A stretch of DNA of 64,000 nucleotides, taken from assembly GCA_965198115.1 (NCBI GenBank), contig OZ240241.1, positions 416,001-480,000 of the forward strand. The letters are read 5' to 3'. Made by a program: the position numbers and the translations under genes. This DNA comes from Candidatus Latescibacterota bacterium. Lineage in GTDB: Bacteria; Latescibacterota; UBA2968. Below, piece after piece: positions 52,667 to 64,000 of the stretch (its first letter is position 1; each line of letters starts with the position of its first letter). Below the pieces are notes generated by a model that saw only the letters and a list, made by a program, of their open reading frames with translations, was not told where the DNA came from and did not search any database.

Positions 52667-54085
52667 GGCTCTATCCGGGTTTCTCAACGGTGAAACTATA
52701 GAATGACAAGGTCATAGATCGTTCCCTACGCTTGGTTGTGTGTGTAGGACAATCAAAGCGAAGGGGGTGCGACCTATGACCGGGAGCAGATTACTATCGA
52801 AACTGCTGAGATTCAAGGGGTTCCGTGTTGTCAGCTGGTGGTTTGAGGGGAGAAGCTGTTTCGTCATCGCCGTAAAGCCACATAAGAATGGTTGTTGTTG
52901 TCCGGAGTGCGGCCGTCGAGGTAAAATCGTCCGCACAATGCCCCATCCGCGTCGGTGGCGTGACATTCCGGTGTGCGGGTGGAGGGTCTGGCTTCTCTAC
53001 CATCCTCGGGAGATTCGGTGTCCTACCCACGGTCGTGTGGTCGAGGAGATTCCGTGGGCGGAGCGGTTCTCTCGGGTGACGTATCGCTTCGAGTATGCCA
53101 TGCTGCGCTACTGCCAGACCATGACGCAGAAGGCGGCGTCCGAGTTACTGCGCATCTCTGCCTCGACGCTGTCGGATCTCCTTCACCGATCCATCACGCG
53201 GCTTCGTGAAGGTCATCGTATCCGAGGGCTCAAAACCATCGGGATCGACGAGATCTCCTACGCCAAGCGTCACAGGTACGCCACGCTCGTTTACGATCTG
53301 GACCGCTCCTGCGTGGTGTGGGTTGGCCGCGGCAGGGCGCGTAAAACGATCGATCGGTTCTTCACAGAGGCTCTCAGTCCCTACCAGAGATCCAAGATCG
53401 AGTGGGCCTGCTGCGACATGAGCGAAGCTTACATCGGAGCCATCCAGGAACACTGTCCGAATGCCAAGCTGGTCCTCGATCGCTTTCACATCGTCAAGGC
53501 TCTCAATGCCGCCGTTGACGAGGTCCGTAAGGACCAGTGGCGTAAAGCTGCCCCGGATGAGCGCAAAGCCATGAAGGGCCTCCGATGGCTCCTCTACCGG
53601 CACTCAGCGACACGCTCCAGAGGGGATACTCGGACACTCAAAGCACTGGAGAAGGCGAACTACCGAATCTATAGAGCCTGGAGACTCAAGGACGAGTTCG
53701 AGCAGTTCTGGGAATACAAAGCGCCCTGGGCTGCCGAACGCTTCCTGAAATGCTGGACGACGTCCGCACTCAGAAGTCGACTTGAACCCCTGCGAAAGTT
53801 CGTCAGGACCCTGCGACAGCACTTCTTCGGCGTCCTCGCATTCGTGAACACGCGTCTTACCAACGCCATCGCCGAAGGCCTCAACCGAATCGTCCAAATC
53901 GTCAAGAACCGAGCCAGCGGATTCCGCACACTCGACGCATTCAACGATATGATCTTCCTTACCGTCGGAGACATAAACATCCCTGAGCAGATTCCGAAGA
54001 GGTCCGCACACTCTAACCGCGCCCCCATGCCAGGAACCACGGCACCTTCACCCACTTCATCTCGTTGAGAGATCCGGATATAGCC
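52667..54085 (+). mobile_element. ISL3 tandem copy (1-nt deletion near the stop)
   Basis: 9-bp spacer AATAAAAAA; right flank ATAAATAA. Confidence 0.96.
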
Positions 54086-55827
54086 ATAAATAAACGGTCG
54101 ATCTCAATGTTGAGCCATTGGCCGGATCGTGTAGTTCCAGTCGCCGTGGAAATCGTGCGGAGTGAGATCGATTTGGGTCATCTGTTCATCGGTCACCTTG
54201 ACCCCGTTAGGGTAGGGTCGCTTGTCGATCTCGGAGCGTACTCGGAGACCGGCTTGAGTGGTCGTTCCGGCAATGAGATTCACGGTTGCAGCCAGGCTGA
54301 CCAGGGGCTTGCCTTGCCAGTTCATAGCGATGAAGGAGAACAGGCGATGTTCGATCTTGTTCCACTTACTAGTGCCAGGAGGGTAGTGGCATACGGTGAT
54401 CGTCAGGCCAGTGCGATTCGCAAAGCGCTGCAGCTCCCACTTCCACAGCCGCGTCTTGGCGCCGTTGCTGCCGCCTGCGTCCGCCGTGATTAGCAGATGC
54501 GTCGAAGTGCCGTAGGCGGGCCGTCCCATGTTCTTCCACCAACTTCGGATCGCATTCACGGCGAAGCTGGCCGTGTCGTGATCGATACCGACACTTACCC
54601 AGCCTTCATCACGGCTCAGATCATACACTCCATAAGGGATCGCCTTGCCCTGAGCAGGCACTATGAAATCGTGTACCTTCACACGCTCCGGGTCTCCCTT
54701 GGGTCGCCATTCTCGGCCAGGATTCTTGAAGTCGCCGATCAACTCTTTCTTCTTGGTGTCCACCGAGATAACGGGAAGGCCCTGCTGCTGCTGCTGGCTA
54801 ATCCGATCATCGAGGTAAACGAACTGAGCGTCCCGATCCGGGTGTGCAGATCCCTCCCTTGTCTTCCGATTCGCCTGCAGCGTGTAATCGTGTTCGTGCA
54901 GGAGATTGGCAACGATCCTGGGGCTCACCGAATGCCCCATCGCTTGCAACTCGGCGGCCAGTTTGCGAGTGCTCTTCGATGTCCATCTCAGAGGATTGTC
55001 GTCAGGCGACCCCGCAGTCGTTGGCTCGACCAGATCATTCAGGTCCTGCCACAGCGTCGGGTCCGTGTCGGCCTTCCGCTTACGACCGCCGCCTGGACGC
55101 CGGATGCGAGCCGGGTCCAAAGGTTCGTCCGACCTCAACTCCTGAATGCCACGAAAGATCCGCTCTCTGGACATTCCTGTCGCCAGAGCCACAATCGCGA
55201 TCCCACCGTGACCCAACGCTTCGGCTTCCGTGGCGGCCCACAGACGACGCGTGCGTTCCGTCAGCACCGGAGCCAAGGCTTCATACTTCGTTCGGAGAGT
55301 TTCGACGTCCACACTCCGAGCGTAAGATCATTACCTTGAAAAGTGCAGCACTTATTTCGTGGCAAACCCTTAATCTGGACGTTCTGTATGTTCTGCAATT
55401 TCAAAGCCGGGAGATTTCTCACTTTACAGGGGAGTGTTTTCCTCTTTCGAAGCCTTCCGAATAACCTTCGCTTCCTACACGTAGAGAAACTCGATTTTAA
55501 ATCGCCGATCTTTTCTGATCCGACTTCAAGTCGAGTTTTCGACGATCGTCCGTCTATGGGCTTTACAAGCTGTTTTCCAAATTAACGGGTTGTGAACAAT
55601 CTCCTGAAGATAAATACTGGACCGTTGATCCTGCACCCCCGGATTCCTCTCAGAGTGCTATAGGCCACTAAATTCGGGCGATCTCAGACGAAGGCGTGAC
55701 GGCCTTTTCTACCAATCATCATCACGAGCCCCAGCTCTCTTCACTGAGTTGGGGTTTTTCAGTCTCCGTAATCCCCTCCATCAGCCGTGCTTGCCCGCCG
55801 TTCCTCGCCGTCGCATCTTGGGTTGCG

Positions 55828-58800
55828 ATGCGCACCTATGCCACCATCCTCTGCCTGCTGCTGACGGTCCCGGCTCTCGCCGTGGACACGCTCCAGGTCA
55901 CGACACCCGATCCAGTGCTGGAGGCGTGGCGGTGGACCGAGTTCGACAGAAGCAACGGGCTGATCGGGAGAGTTCGCGATGTTCATGAGGACAGGGATGG
56001 CGCAATCTGGTTTGCGACCGACCGCGGAGTGAACCGGTATAGCGGCTACGGCTGGACGTCCTACTCGCCCCCTTATCGGTTGACCGGCGTGAGCGCAGTC
56101 TACCAGACACGTAACGGACAGATGTGGTTCGGGACATCGCGAGAAGGAGTTCACCGTCTCGATCCAGAGGTTAACGAGTGGACAACCTACACAAGGCAGG
56201 AAGGCCTCGGCAGCAACTTTGTGTCGCGCTCGGCATTGATGCAGGCCCGAGACGGCACGCTGTGGGTTGGCCACCGCAGATCCTCCTCTGCATCCGACGG
56301 CACCGAGACTGCGATCAGCCGATTCGATGGTCAGTCCTGGTCAACACTGAGCTTTCCTATTGGCCCCCCCAATCCAAGTGTTCGCGATATCCTGCAGGCT
56401 ACGGACGGTTCGATTTGGGTTACGACGACAGAGGGTCTCCTGTCCTTTGATGGAATGGACTGGGAGCGATACACGGCCGAAGATGGTCTTCCACGCAACA
56501 GCGCCTATCAGATTCTGGAGGCTCGGAACGGGGATTTCTGGTTTGCATTCGGATCGGCGGGAATCGCCAGATTCGACGGCAGGGCGTGGACGGTCTATCG
56601 GGATGGTGAAGATCTTCTGGGAGGTGGGTCGATCTGGTCACTTTGGCAGACAGCTGATGGCGCGATCTGGGCCGGTGGCTCCCCCGACCGCCTCTATGTT
56701 TTTAGAGACGGTAAGTGGTCGACCGACGCATTCAGCCTGTTCGCGCGGAGTTCCAAACGTTTGTCAGGTCAGTCTACCCGGGATGGAACGATGTGGGTTT
56801 TCGCCGGAGACAGGGCGTGGCGATTCGACGCCACTTCGGGACGGTGGACCGTCTACAACGGTGTTCCGCCTCCACCGACTAACAGAAACCTGGAATTGGC
56901 CTCGGACTTTGCTTTCGCCACCGGAGAGGACCTCTGGTTTGGTGTCGAAGACGGTGCTGTACGATACGACGGTGAGTCCTGGATGCACTACACCGTTGAG
57001 GACGGTCTGATTGAGGGCCACGTCTCGACTGTTCTCGAGGGAAAGGACGGCGCTATTTGGGTCGCGGGTCAACACTTGGGACAAAGTGGGGCAGCGCGTT
57101 TCGATGGCGTGACCTGGCGAGTGTTCTCCCAGGAAGATGGGCTCGTCGGGAAGAACATTCACACCGGTTTCGTGGCTGATAACGGGGATATGTGGTTCGG
57201 CACGAAATTCCGCAGTCAATGGGGAAGCGCGCACGGGGCAATTCGATTCGACGGTGAGTCCTGGATGGTCTACACAGAGGAAGGCGGGCTGATCCACAAC
57301 ATGATCTACGACATCGTTCAGACGCCCGATGGCGCGATCTGGTTCGCTACGCTGCGCGGACTCAGCCGCTTCGATGGACAAACGTGGACGAGTTTTACGC
57401 CGGCGGAAGGAGGTGCGCGTAGTCAGAAGATCTCATCCCTGGGTGTCGATCAGCGCGGCGTGCTCTGGATTGGGCACGGCGAACAGGCCGAAGGGGTCAC
57501 ATCCTTCGACGGTGAGTCCTGGACGCGTCATACAAGTGGGTTCAGGCTGATCAATTCAGTCTGGAAAATCTATGCGGCCCAAAACGGCGTGCTTTGGTTT
57601 GGCACGAACGGTGGGTTGGTGCGGTTCGACGGCAGTGCCTGGTTCGGATTCCGTCCCGACGAACTCCCCCTGCCCCCGGTAACGGCCATACACGGGATCA
57701 CGGAGTCGACTGACGGAAGCATCTGGCTCCGAAGTTTCGGTTCTGGCGTTCTCAGAATGAAACCGGATCGCACGCCACCCGGCACGGCATTGGAACCGGT
57801 GAGCAAGGAAATCTCCTCAGCAGGGAACCTCCAGCTGAAGTGGACGGGCGGCGATCTCTGGAACGAGACGGAACTGGAAGACCTACGATATCAATGGCGG
57901 CTGGATGACGAAGTGTGGGCACCAGCGTCTGAGAGAACTGAAATCACACTCACGGGCATGTCGTCTGGTCAACACACCTTCGAGGTCCGCTCGGTCGACA
58001 AATACTCGAATGTTGATCCTTCCCCCGCAGTCCACGCCTTCATCGTCGAAGCACCTTGGTGGCGCAACCCCGCTGTGGCAGGACCTGGGCTTTTGCTCAT
58101 CATCGGCATCCTCTTCCAGTCAGCCCGCGTCGTGAAAGGCAAGCAGAAGCTACAGGAATCGGTGGATGCCCTCTCATCGGCCAACAATGAACTGTTTCAG
58201 GTCAACCGCGACCTTGAGTCTGTCAACGTGGACCTCCAGCGCGAGCAGGTGCTGGAGCGGCTGCGGGGTCAGGCGCAGGGGATGCAGTCGAGCGAGGACA
58301 TAGGGCCAGTTGTGGAGGCGGTGTATCGGGAGTTGCGTGGGCTTGGGTTGCCACTGCTTTCTTCGGCAATCAACATACACCTCTCAGAAACGGAGAACAA
58401 AAAGTGGACCACCTCCGAAGACGGTCGAGTTCTTGAGCCGTACATCCAGAATTCCTCTGGCACAGGTCCGGTCAGCCAAGCTCGACGACGTGGCGATGAG
58501 TACTGGCACTCCCATCGGGAAGGTGAGGAAGCCAAAGAGTACCTGCACCGGACCATCGAGGGAGGCAACCCGCGATGGCAGGGCATTCCAGAAGAGCGGT
58601 GGCCGCAAGAGCTTGATTCTTACGTTGTTTTCTTTGGGAAAAGCGGTGTCGTTGTCTCTTCGGAAGAACCCATCGCCGAAGAGTACCTGATGCTCATCAA
58701 GCGGTTCGGCGAAGTCTTCGGATATGCCCATTCGCGACACCAGAAACTTCAGCAGAAGGAAGCGCAGAACAGGCGACTGGTCGTCGAGGCTGCCGTCCAG

Positions 58801-59977
58801 CATCTGCGCGCCGAAGTGCAGTCGATGGACGAAGCGAGTGACTTTGAACGCATCCTGTCGCTGCTGACCGAGAGCCTGAAGACGGTCGAACTTACCTTCG
58901 ACGGCTGCGGCATCGACGTGCTCGATGAACCCGTCGAGCATCCCACGATGGAATACTTCAGGGACGTGGGATTCCGATATACCGCCTACCGATTGGACCC
59001 TCAGGGAACGGTCACGGCGGAGTCGCCTCACGTTCCCGCCCCTTTCCCCGACGTTATCCAGCAGACCATCGAGCGGTTCATCGCGGGGGAGCCGTGGCAG
59101 GGCACCAGCGAAGGCCAGGCAATCGTGGAGGTCCCTGCGGGTGCCTACGGTCGCCTGCGCCTCACCGCGTCCGAGCGTGATAGCTTCACCGAGGACGAAG
59201 TCGCCACCCTCCGCGAGTTCGCCGATGCCGTCGCCCTCGGCTACGCCCGTTACCTCGGACATCCGAGAAATCCAATTGAACACGGAGCGCAAATCGGAGT
59301 TCCTCGCGTCGATGTCGCATGAATTTCGTACCCCGATGAACGCCATCAAGGGGTTTACCAACCTGGTACTTCGGCGGATGGGTGCTGACATGCCCGACCA
59401 GCATCGTGAGAACCTGGAGAAGGTTGACCACGCATCCGACCACCTTCTCACGATGATCAACGATCTACTCGACCTGTCAAAGATCGAGGCAGGTAGGATG
59501 GACGTGAACCCCGAGCGGTTCGATGTGGGCGAACTGGTCACGTCGGCGTGTGACACGGTCAGCCCCCTGATACAGGAGGGCGTGGAGCTATGCCAGGACG
59601 TGGACGAGCACATCGGCGCGGCGAACACGGACAAGGCTCGGCTCCAGCAGATGGTCATCAACCTGCTGTCGAACGCCATCAAGTTCACCGACAGCGGCAG
59701 TGTGACCGTGAATGCGAGCACGGAAGACGGCCAGCTGGTCGTGTCAGTGTCCGACACCGGCAAGGGCATTCCCGCGTACGAGCTGCCGACCATCTTCGAC
59801 GAATACCGTCAGGCTGAAGGGTCTGAGAGCAGCGTGCAGAAGGGAACCGGGCTGGGGCTGTCAATTACGAAGAAGTTTGCGGAGTTGCTGGGCGGGACCA
59901 TCGGCGCGGAGAGCGAGGTGGGAGAGGGCAGCACGTTTACGGTTCGGGTGCCTGTGGAATACACGGACGGAACCTGA
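55828..59977 (+). CDS. Beta-propeller (Reg_prop/Y_Y_Y) sensor histidine kinase; 1-nt frameshift ~59258
   Basis: Signal peptide, many DG..WF.T..G..RFDG..W repeats, TM helix, SMSHEFRTPMN, NLLSNAIKFT, GTGLGL. Confidence 0.92.
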
Positions 59978-60088
59978 TCCTCATCTGTATTCGGGCCGTT
60001 GTGGCAACCTCTGGACGCCACGCGCCAAAATTGGGAAACCGGAATTCGTTCCTTTGTTTGTCGTCCGTAGATCGCACGGAGATACACA

Positions 60089-61006
60089 ATGGATATCCTT
60101 TGGCTCGGTGAAGAAACCTGTCACGACGTTACCCTGACCGGGGGCAAGGCCGCCAGCCTGAGCCTTCTTTCTTCTCGCTTCCGCGTGCAGCCCGGGTTCT
60201 GCGTGACAACCTCTGCCTTCCGCAAGTGGAGGGGCGACGGCGTTACGACGTGTCCGGAGGATTTGAACAAACTGTTGGGAACCGCCTGGGACCGGCTCGA
60301 GAGCGATTGCGAAGGAGCTTGCAGGGTGGCTGTCCGTTCGTCGGCCGTGGATGAGGACGGACAGCAGGCGTCGTTCGCCGGTCAGTATGAGACGTTTCTG
60401 AACATAGAGAGCATCGAGGCTCTCGCGGATGCTGTCGTGCGATGCTGGGCCTCCGCCGAAACCGAGCGAGCCATCCACTATCGGGAGACACGTGCAGAGG
60501 GGGACGGGAAGGGGGGACTGGCCGTGCTCGTACAGCGATTGGTTCAGGCCGACGTGTCCGTCGTTGCCTTCAGTGCCAATCCGGTTACCGGCAGTCGGGA
60601 TGAGGTGGTGGTCAACTCAGCGTGGGGGCTTGGCGAGAGCGTGGTAGGGGGGACGGTCACTCCAGACACGTTCATCGTGAGGAAGAAAGACATGGATGTT
60701 GCGGACAAGGCCCGCATGACGGTATCGATTTCGGGTGGCACGGAAGAAGTCAACGTGCCTGGATTCATGCGAAAGAGTCCATCTCTCGATTTAGACTGGG
60801 TCACCGAAATCGCACAGTTGGCACTGGATCTGGAGAAGCAGTTCGACTACCCAGTCGACATCGAGTGCGCTGTTGCCGACGGAGAGCTTCATCTCCTGCA
60901 ATGCCGGCCTATCACAACAGTCCGATTTCAGAGAATGTCCATTATTTCACGCTGCAGAAGTTCGATCGTTAGCCACGACATTTCGGAAAGACTCGATGGC
61001 AAATGA
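60089..61006 (+). CDS. PEP/pyruvate-binding (PEP synthase ATP-grasp) domain protein
   Basis: GGKAASL, AVRSSAVDEDG..ASFAGQYETFLN, WGLGESVVGG..TPD, LLQCRPIT. Confidence 0.88.
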   Translation: MDILWLGEETCHDVTLTGGKAASLSLLSSRFRVQPGFCVTTSAFRKWRGDGVTTCPEDLNKLLGTAWDRLESDCEGACRVAVRSSAVDEDGQQASFAGQYETFLNIESIEALADAVVRCWASAETERAIHYRETRAEGDGKGGLAVLVQRLVQADVSVVAFSANPVTGSRDEVVVNSAWGLGESVVGGTVTPDTFIVRKKDMDVADKARMTVSISGGTEEVNVPGFMRKSPSLDLDWVTEIAQLALDLEKQFDYPVDIECAVADGELHLLQCRPITTVRFQRMSIISRCRSSIVSHDISERLDGK

Positions 61007-61140
61007 ACACGCCCCACCGGAACCCAAGCCCATTCCCGATCCGCCCGATTTCCCGGTGACGTGGGAGAGGACGTAGTGCCTGAAGAGAAGAAAGCTCGAA
61101 CCCCCATTCCGGTCCCGGATAACTTTCCCGTTTCGGGGGA
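60996..61140 (+). pseudogene. Two truncated paralogous N-termini (likely PEP-utilising enzyme)
   Basis: PIPDPPDFPVTWE and PIPVPDNFPV. Confidence 0.45.
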
Positions 61141-61332
61141 GTAGGTCTGTTCGCTGACGCCAAGCTCACGCGAGACCTCGCCGACCGTCTTGCCTTCCGA
61201 TATACGAATCTCTGCCTGACGGAGATGTCCGATGATCTGCTCCGCTGTGTATCGCTTCCTGGCCATTCGGCCCCCTTTCTATGTTCCGATATCCTAACTT
61301 TAGGAATGGGAACAATCCAGGGGGGCAGGTCA
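61141..61332 (-). mobile_element. IS3-family 5' remnant (IRL and orfA start)
   Basis: MARKRYTAEQII..LRQAE....G.TV..V.R.LGVSEQTY; end TGACCTGCCCCC. Confidence 0.88.
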
Positions 61333-61764
61333 AGGTTGCCAGGGACACTTCGGTGCTCTCACGACCCACGCATTCGACCGCCCGTCCTGTGGTTCACGGT
61401 GCAGATGGCGCTCAGCGATATCGATTCGATAGAGCACGGACCGACCCAGTATGTTCCGGGCAGTCACTTTTCGGGTAAAGATCCCAACAATCAGGAAAGG
61501 CCGGAGTTCGAAGGACGCGGCCCCGTCTCCATCTTCTGCAAAGCGGGAGACATCTACCTGCAGGACCCGCAGTGCTGGCATCGGGGCGCGCCGAACACGT
61601 CTGACAGAACACGATATCTCATGCAGTCCCAGTATGCCGTCAACTGGGCCTACCGTCGTTTCGGCTGGATGAATCGAGTCCCCGTTCCGGAAAAAGAACT
61701 GCCGTCGGCAAGCAGCCGTCTGCTCGAAATGCTGGGCGGGAGACACGCTGAACCTTCGAAGTAG
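61333..61764 (+). pseudogene. Phytanoyl-CoA dioxygenase family, 5'-truncated
   Basis: GPTQYVPGSH, AGD......WHRG..N.S...R. Confidence 0.85.
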
Positions 61765-61802
61765 GTTGAGAACTCACGCATCGCAAAACCATGGGAGCCT
61801 AC

Positions 61803-62882
61803 ATGAAAATCACCAAGATCGAAGCCCATCAGATCGAAACCCCCCGCATCAGCGGCACCATCTCCGGTCACGTCATCGTCAAAGTCCACGTCGACGACGG
61901 TCCCATCGGCCTGGGCGAAGCCTCTGACAGCAAGTGCAGCGACCTTGCCGCCGTCGTCCACCAGTACAACGACCTTCTCGTCGGTCGTGACCCCACCCGC
62001 ATCACCGAGATCAACGAATTCCTCGGCACCCATAGTTTCGAGAGCACCGTCTCCAACAACCATCTCGTCTCCGCCATCGACCTGGCCCTCTACGACCTCA
62101 ACGGCAAGGTGCTGGATGTACCCGTCTACAGGCTCCTGGGCGGGAAATTCCGGGACAAGATCTACTGCTGTTTCCCAACGTGGGGTGGGGCGGTCAAACA
62201 GGACTACGAAGCAACGGCCGGCTACCTGCAGCGCCTCGTCGACCACGGCCACCACCTCTTCCGCTTTTACATTTCGGGAGACGACGCCGAATTCGACAAC
62301 CGCTTTCTCACGGACATGTTCTCCCGCTTTGGGGAGAAGATCCGCCTCAAACAGATCGACTTTTCCGGCCGCTTTTCGGACTGGAATACTGCGCTTCGTT
62401 ACGCCGACGTCCTCCGCCACCACAACCCGTTTCACTTCGAGCAGCCATCCTGGGACCTCCGGGTATGCGCCGAATTCACCCAGCGGATGGACCTCCCTGT
62501 CAGCCTCCACACGGGTAGTCTGGAGCGTGGTCTGGAGTCCATCGAGCGCGGTGCCTGCACAGCCTTCAACCTGTGCAACATCTTCCGCGGTCCCACCTAC
62601 GTCCGCCGCCTCTACGCCCTGGCCGAGTCCGCCGGCATCTTCTGCACGATCGGCACCGACCAGGAATCGACCCTCGGCATCGCGGGCCAGCTCCACCTGG
62701 GGGCCTCCATGCCCAACCTGAATCTTCCGTGCGACCCCATGGGCCCAATGCTCTACACCGCGTCGCCAGCAAAAGAACGCATCCACGCCGAAGGGTCTTA
62801 CCTCACCGTCCCTGAGGGCCCCGGCCTCGGTGTCGAGCTCGACGATGAGAAAATGGCCGCTATCACCGTTGCATCAGCCTAA
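61803..62882 (+). CDS. Mandelate racemase/muconate lactonising enzyme family
   Basis: GLGE, SAIDLALYDL.GK.LDVPVYRLLGG, FEQP, PEGPGLGVELD. Confidence 0.92.
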   Translation: MKITKIEAHQIETPRISGTISGHVIVKVHVDDGPIGLGEASDSKCSDLAAVVHQYNDLLVGRDPTRITEINEFLGTHSFESTVSNNHLVSAIDLALYDLNGKVLDVPVYRLLGGKFRDKIYCCFPTWGGAVKQDYEATAGYLQRLVDHGHHLFRFYISGDDAEFDNRFLTDMFSRFGEKIRLKQIDFSGRFSDWNTALRYADVLRHHNPFHFEQPSWDLRVCAEFTQRMDLPVSLHTGSLERGLESIERGACTAFNLCNIFRGPTYVRRLYALAESAGIFCTIGTDQESTLGIAGQLHLGASMPNLNLPCDPMGPMLYTASPAKERIHAEGSYLTVPEGPGLGVELDDEKMAAITVASA

Positions 62883-62962
62883 TCAAGGGTGAACCCGACT
62901 ATGGATTTTCCTCGCCCTGTCGGCTCCATCTTCGGAGCGTGTCCACTTCTGGCTTTCACCCG

Positions 62963-64000
62963 ATGAATCCAGTCCTCATCGAAGCCAGCAACCTTGTGCC
63001 GCCACCCTCGTGGGCGCTGATCCAACGCGAGCTGCTCTCCTTCATGGAGGAGGCCGCACTCTACGCCGCGGAAAAGTACAACAGGCCGGACGGCACCCCT
63101 TGAACGTTCAGGACGCGGACGACGCATACGAAGCTCACTCCTATCGTGGGCTGTTTTACGCGCTGGGGGCAAGCGATCGGATCCGGAAGCTTGCCCTCGA
63201 TCAGTGGAACGCCATCACCCGCCTCTACGACGACGCATCGGAAGGTGTCGGCCATCCTGCATTCAAAGTCCAGCTACACGACGAGTATTATTTCGACAAC
63301 GACTGGTTCCACATGGGTGAGGGCAACCAGACCTTCTACAGTCTCGGCCTTGTCGACCTCAGAGACCCCGACTATGTCCGTCGAGCACGTCGCTTCGCCG
63401 ACCTGTATTTGGGAGAGAATCTCGAGTGTGCCAACTACGATCCGGACCACCGTGTCATCCGCTCCCCATTCCACGGCAGCACCGGCCCGATTCACCACGC
63501 TGACCTGGAACGGGTTAAGATCGCCCTCGATCCGGTCTATCGCCCTGGCGGGATACCCCGTGGTCACGCCCAACGTGCCAATATGCACCCGCTGGTGGTC
63601 GACCTGGAAGAGGATTGGTACGAAGACCTCGAAAGAAGGCAGGAGATCTGCCGTCTCTTCGACGAGGTGGTGCTCCACACCGACATCCCCGACAATCTCG
63701 CCTGCACCGCTCTGGTGACGAGTGTCTACCTGTGCACCGGCGAAGAAGACTACAAGAAGTGGGTCCTCGACTATACCGAGGCGTGGATGGAGAGAACCCG
63801 CACGAACGACGGCATCATCCCCGACAACGTCGGCCCCACCGGCAAGATCGGAGAGGGTCGCAACGGACAGTGGTGGGGGGGGTGGTACGGCTGGAACAGC
63901 CGTAATTCGGCGCGCAACGCTTTTCTGGCCGCCACCATCGCCGGGGAATGCTGTGTACTCCTGACGGGTGATTTCCAGTATCTGGACCTGATCCGTTCCC
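62963..64000 (+). CDS. Conserved-looking hypothetical protein (possible alpha/alpha-barrel), 3'-partial, frameshift ~63102
   Basis: PPSWAL.QR.L start; then DDAYE, DWFHMGEG, RRARRFADLY, GIIPDNVGP.G.IG..R.GQWWGGWYGW in the adjacent frame. Confidence 0.6.

Larger units (their letters stand above)
51220..55370 (-). mobile_element. ISAzo13-family element (transposase 54104..55312) with an ISL3 dimer inside its terminal repeat
   Basis: ISVDTKKKE, ITADAGGSN, PPGTSKWNKIEHRLFS; ends AGGGTTCGGAATAAATAA / TTATTTCGTGGCAAACCCT. Confidence 0.9.

Noticed and set aside
7192-54493. Recurrent antisense and alternate-frame ORFs within IS copies and GC-rich genes (e.g. 7192..8016, 39110..40762, 34789..36090)
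   Set aside because: Shadow ORFs expected at high GC; recurrence only reflects IS copy identity.
17768-61332. IS3 3' half and IS3 5' remnant as one element split by 43 kb, or a composite transposon
   Set aside because: Orientation is compatible, but the outer flanks (GGGT / AGGT) give no target duplication and the middle of the element is missing.
1-64000. CRISPR array, cas genes, retron or DGR reverse transcriptase
   Set aside because: No repeat-spacer periodicity and no RT or Cas motifs seen; the repeats are coding linkers, IS copies or short tandem motifs.

Overview
A GC-rich (~58-60%, by eye) bacterial accessory region in which roughly a third of the sequence is insertion-sequence DNA. 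It holds 8 near-identical ISL3 copies (two tandem dimers, one truncated), 3+2 copies of two IS256-family elements, IS630, IS1182, ISAzo13 and IS3 remnants. 1-5.7 kb is the end of a prophage/integrative element that stops at a tRNA-Leu 3'-half att remnant. It encodes a giant DarB-like 'polyvalent' protein built from modules separated by repeated Pro/Ala/Glu/Thr linkers. One module closely resembles the C-terminal assembly domain of Type I restriction subunit HsdR. A small TnpV-like gene is overprinted in the +1 frame, and the N6-adenine methyltransferase ends in a PriCT-1 domain instead of the usual SNF2 helicase. This candidate anti-Type-I-restriction 'decoy' is the most interesting system here. 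5.7-19 kb is a scrambled satellite/island remnant: primase and small-terminase-like fragments, a second att remnant (CAT-anticodon tRNA) and three HTH/terminase-small-like paralogs. The rest is host-like cargo, much of it disrupted: a subtilase with a dockerin-like tail, a sigma54/NtrC operon with visible enhancer and -24/-12 promoter, a TonB receptor, glycoside-hydrolase-like and enolase-superfamily genes, a beta-propeller sensor kinase, and a three-copy structured intergenic repeat. Gene content is suggestive of Latescibacterota or similar (inference only). Many single-base indels in short runs may be long-read errors. All family calls are from motif recognition, not database searches.
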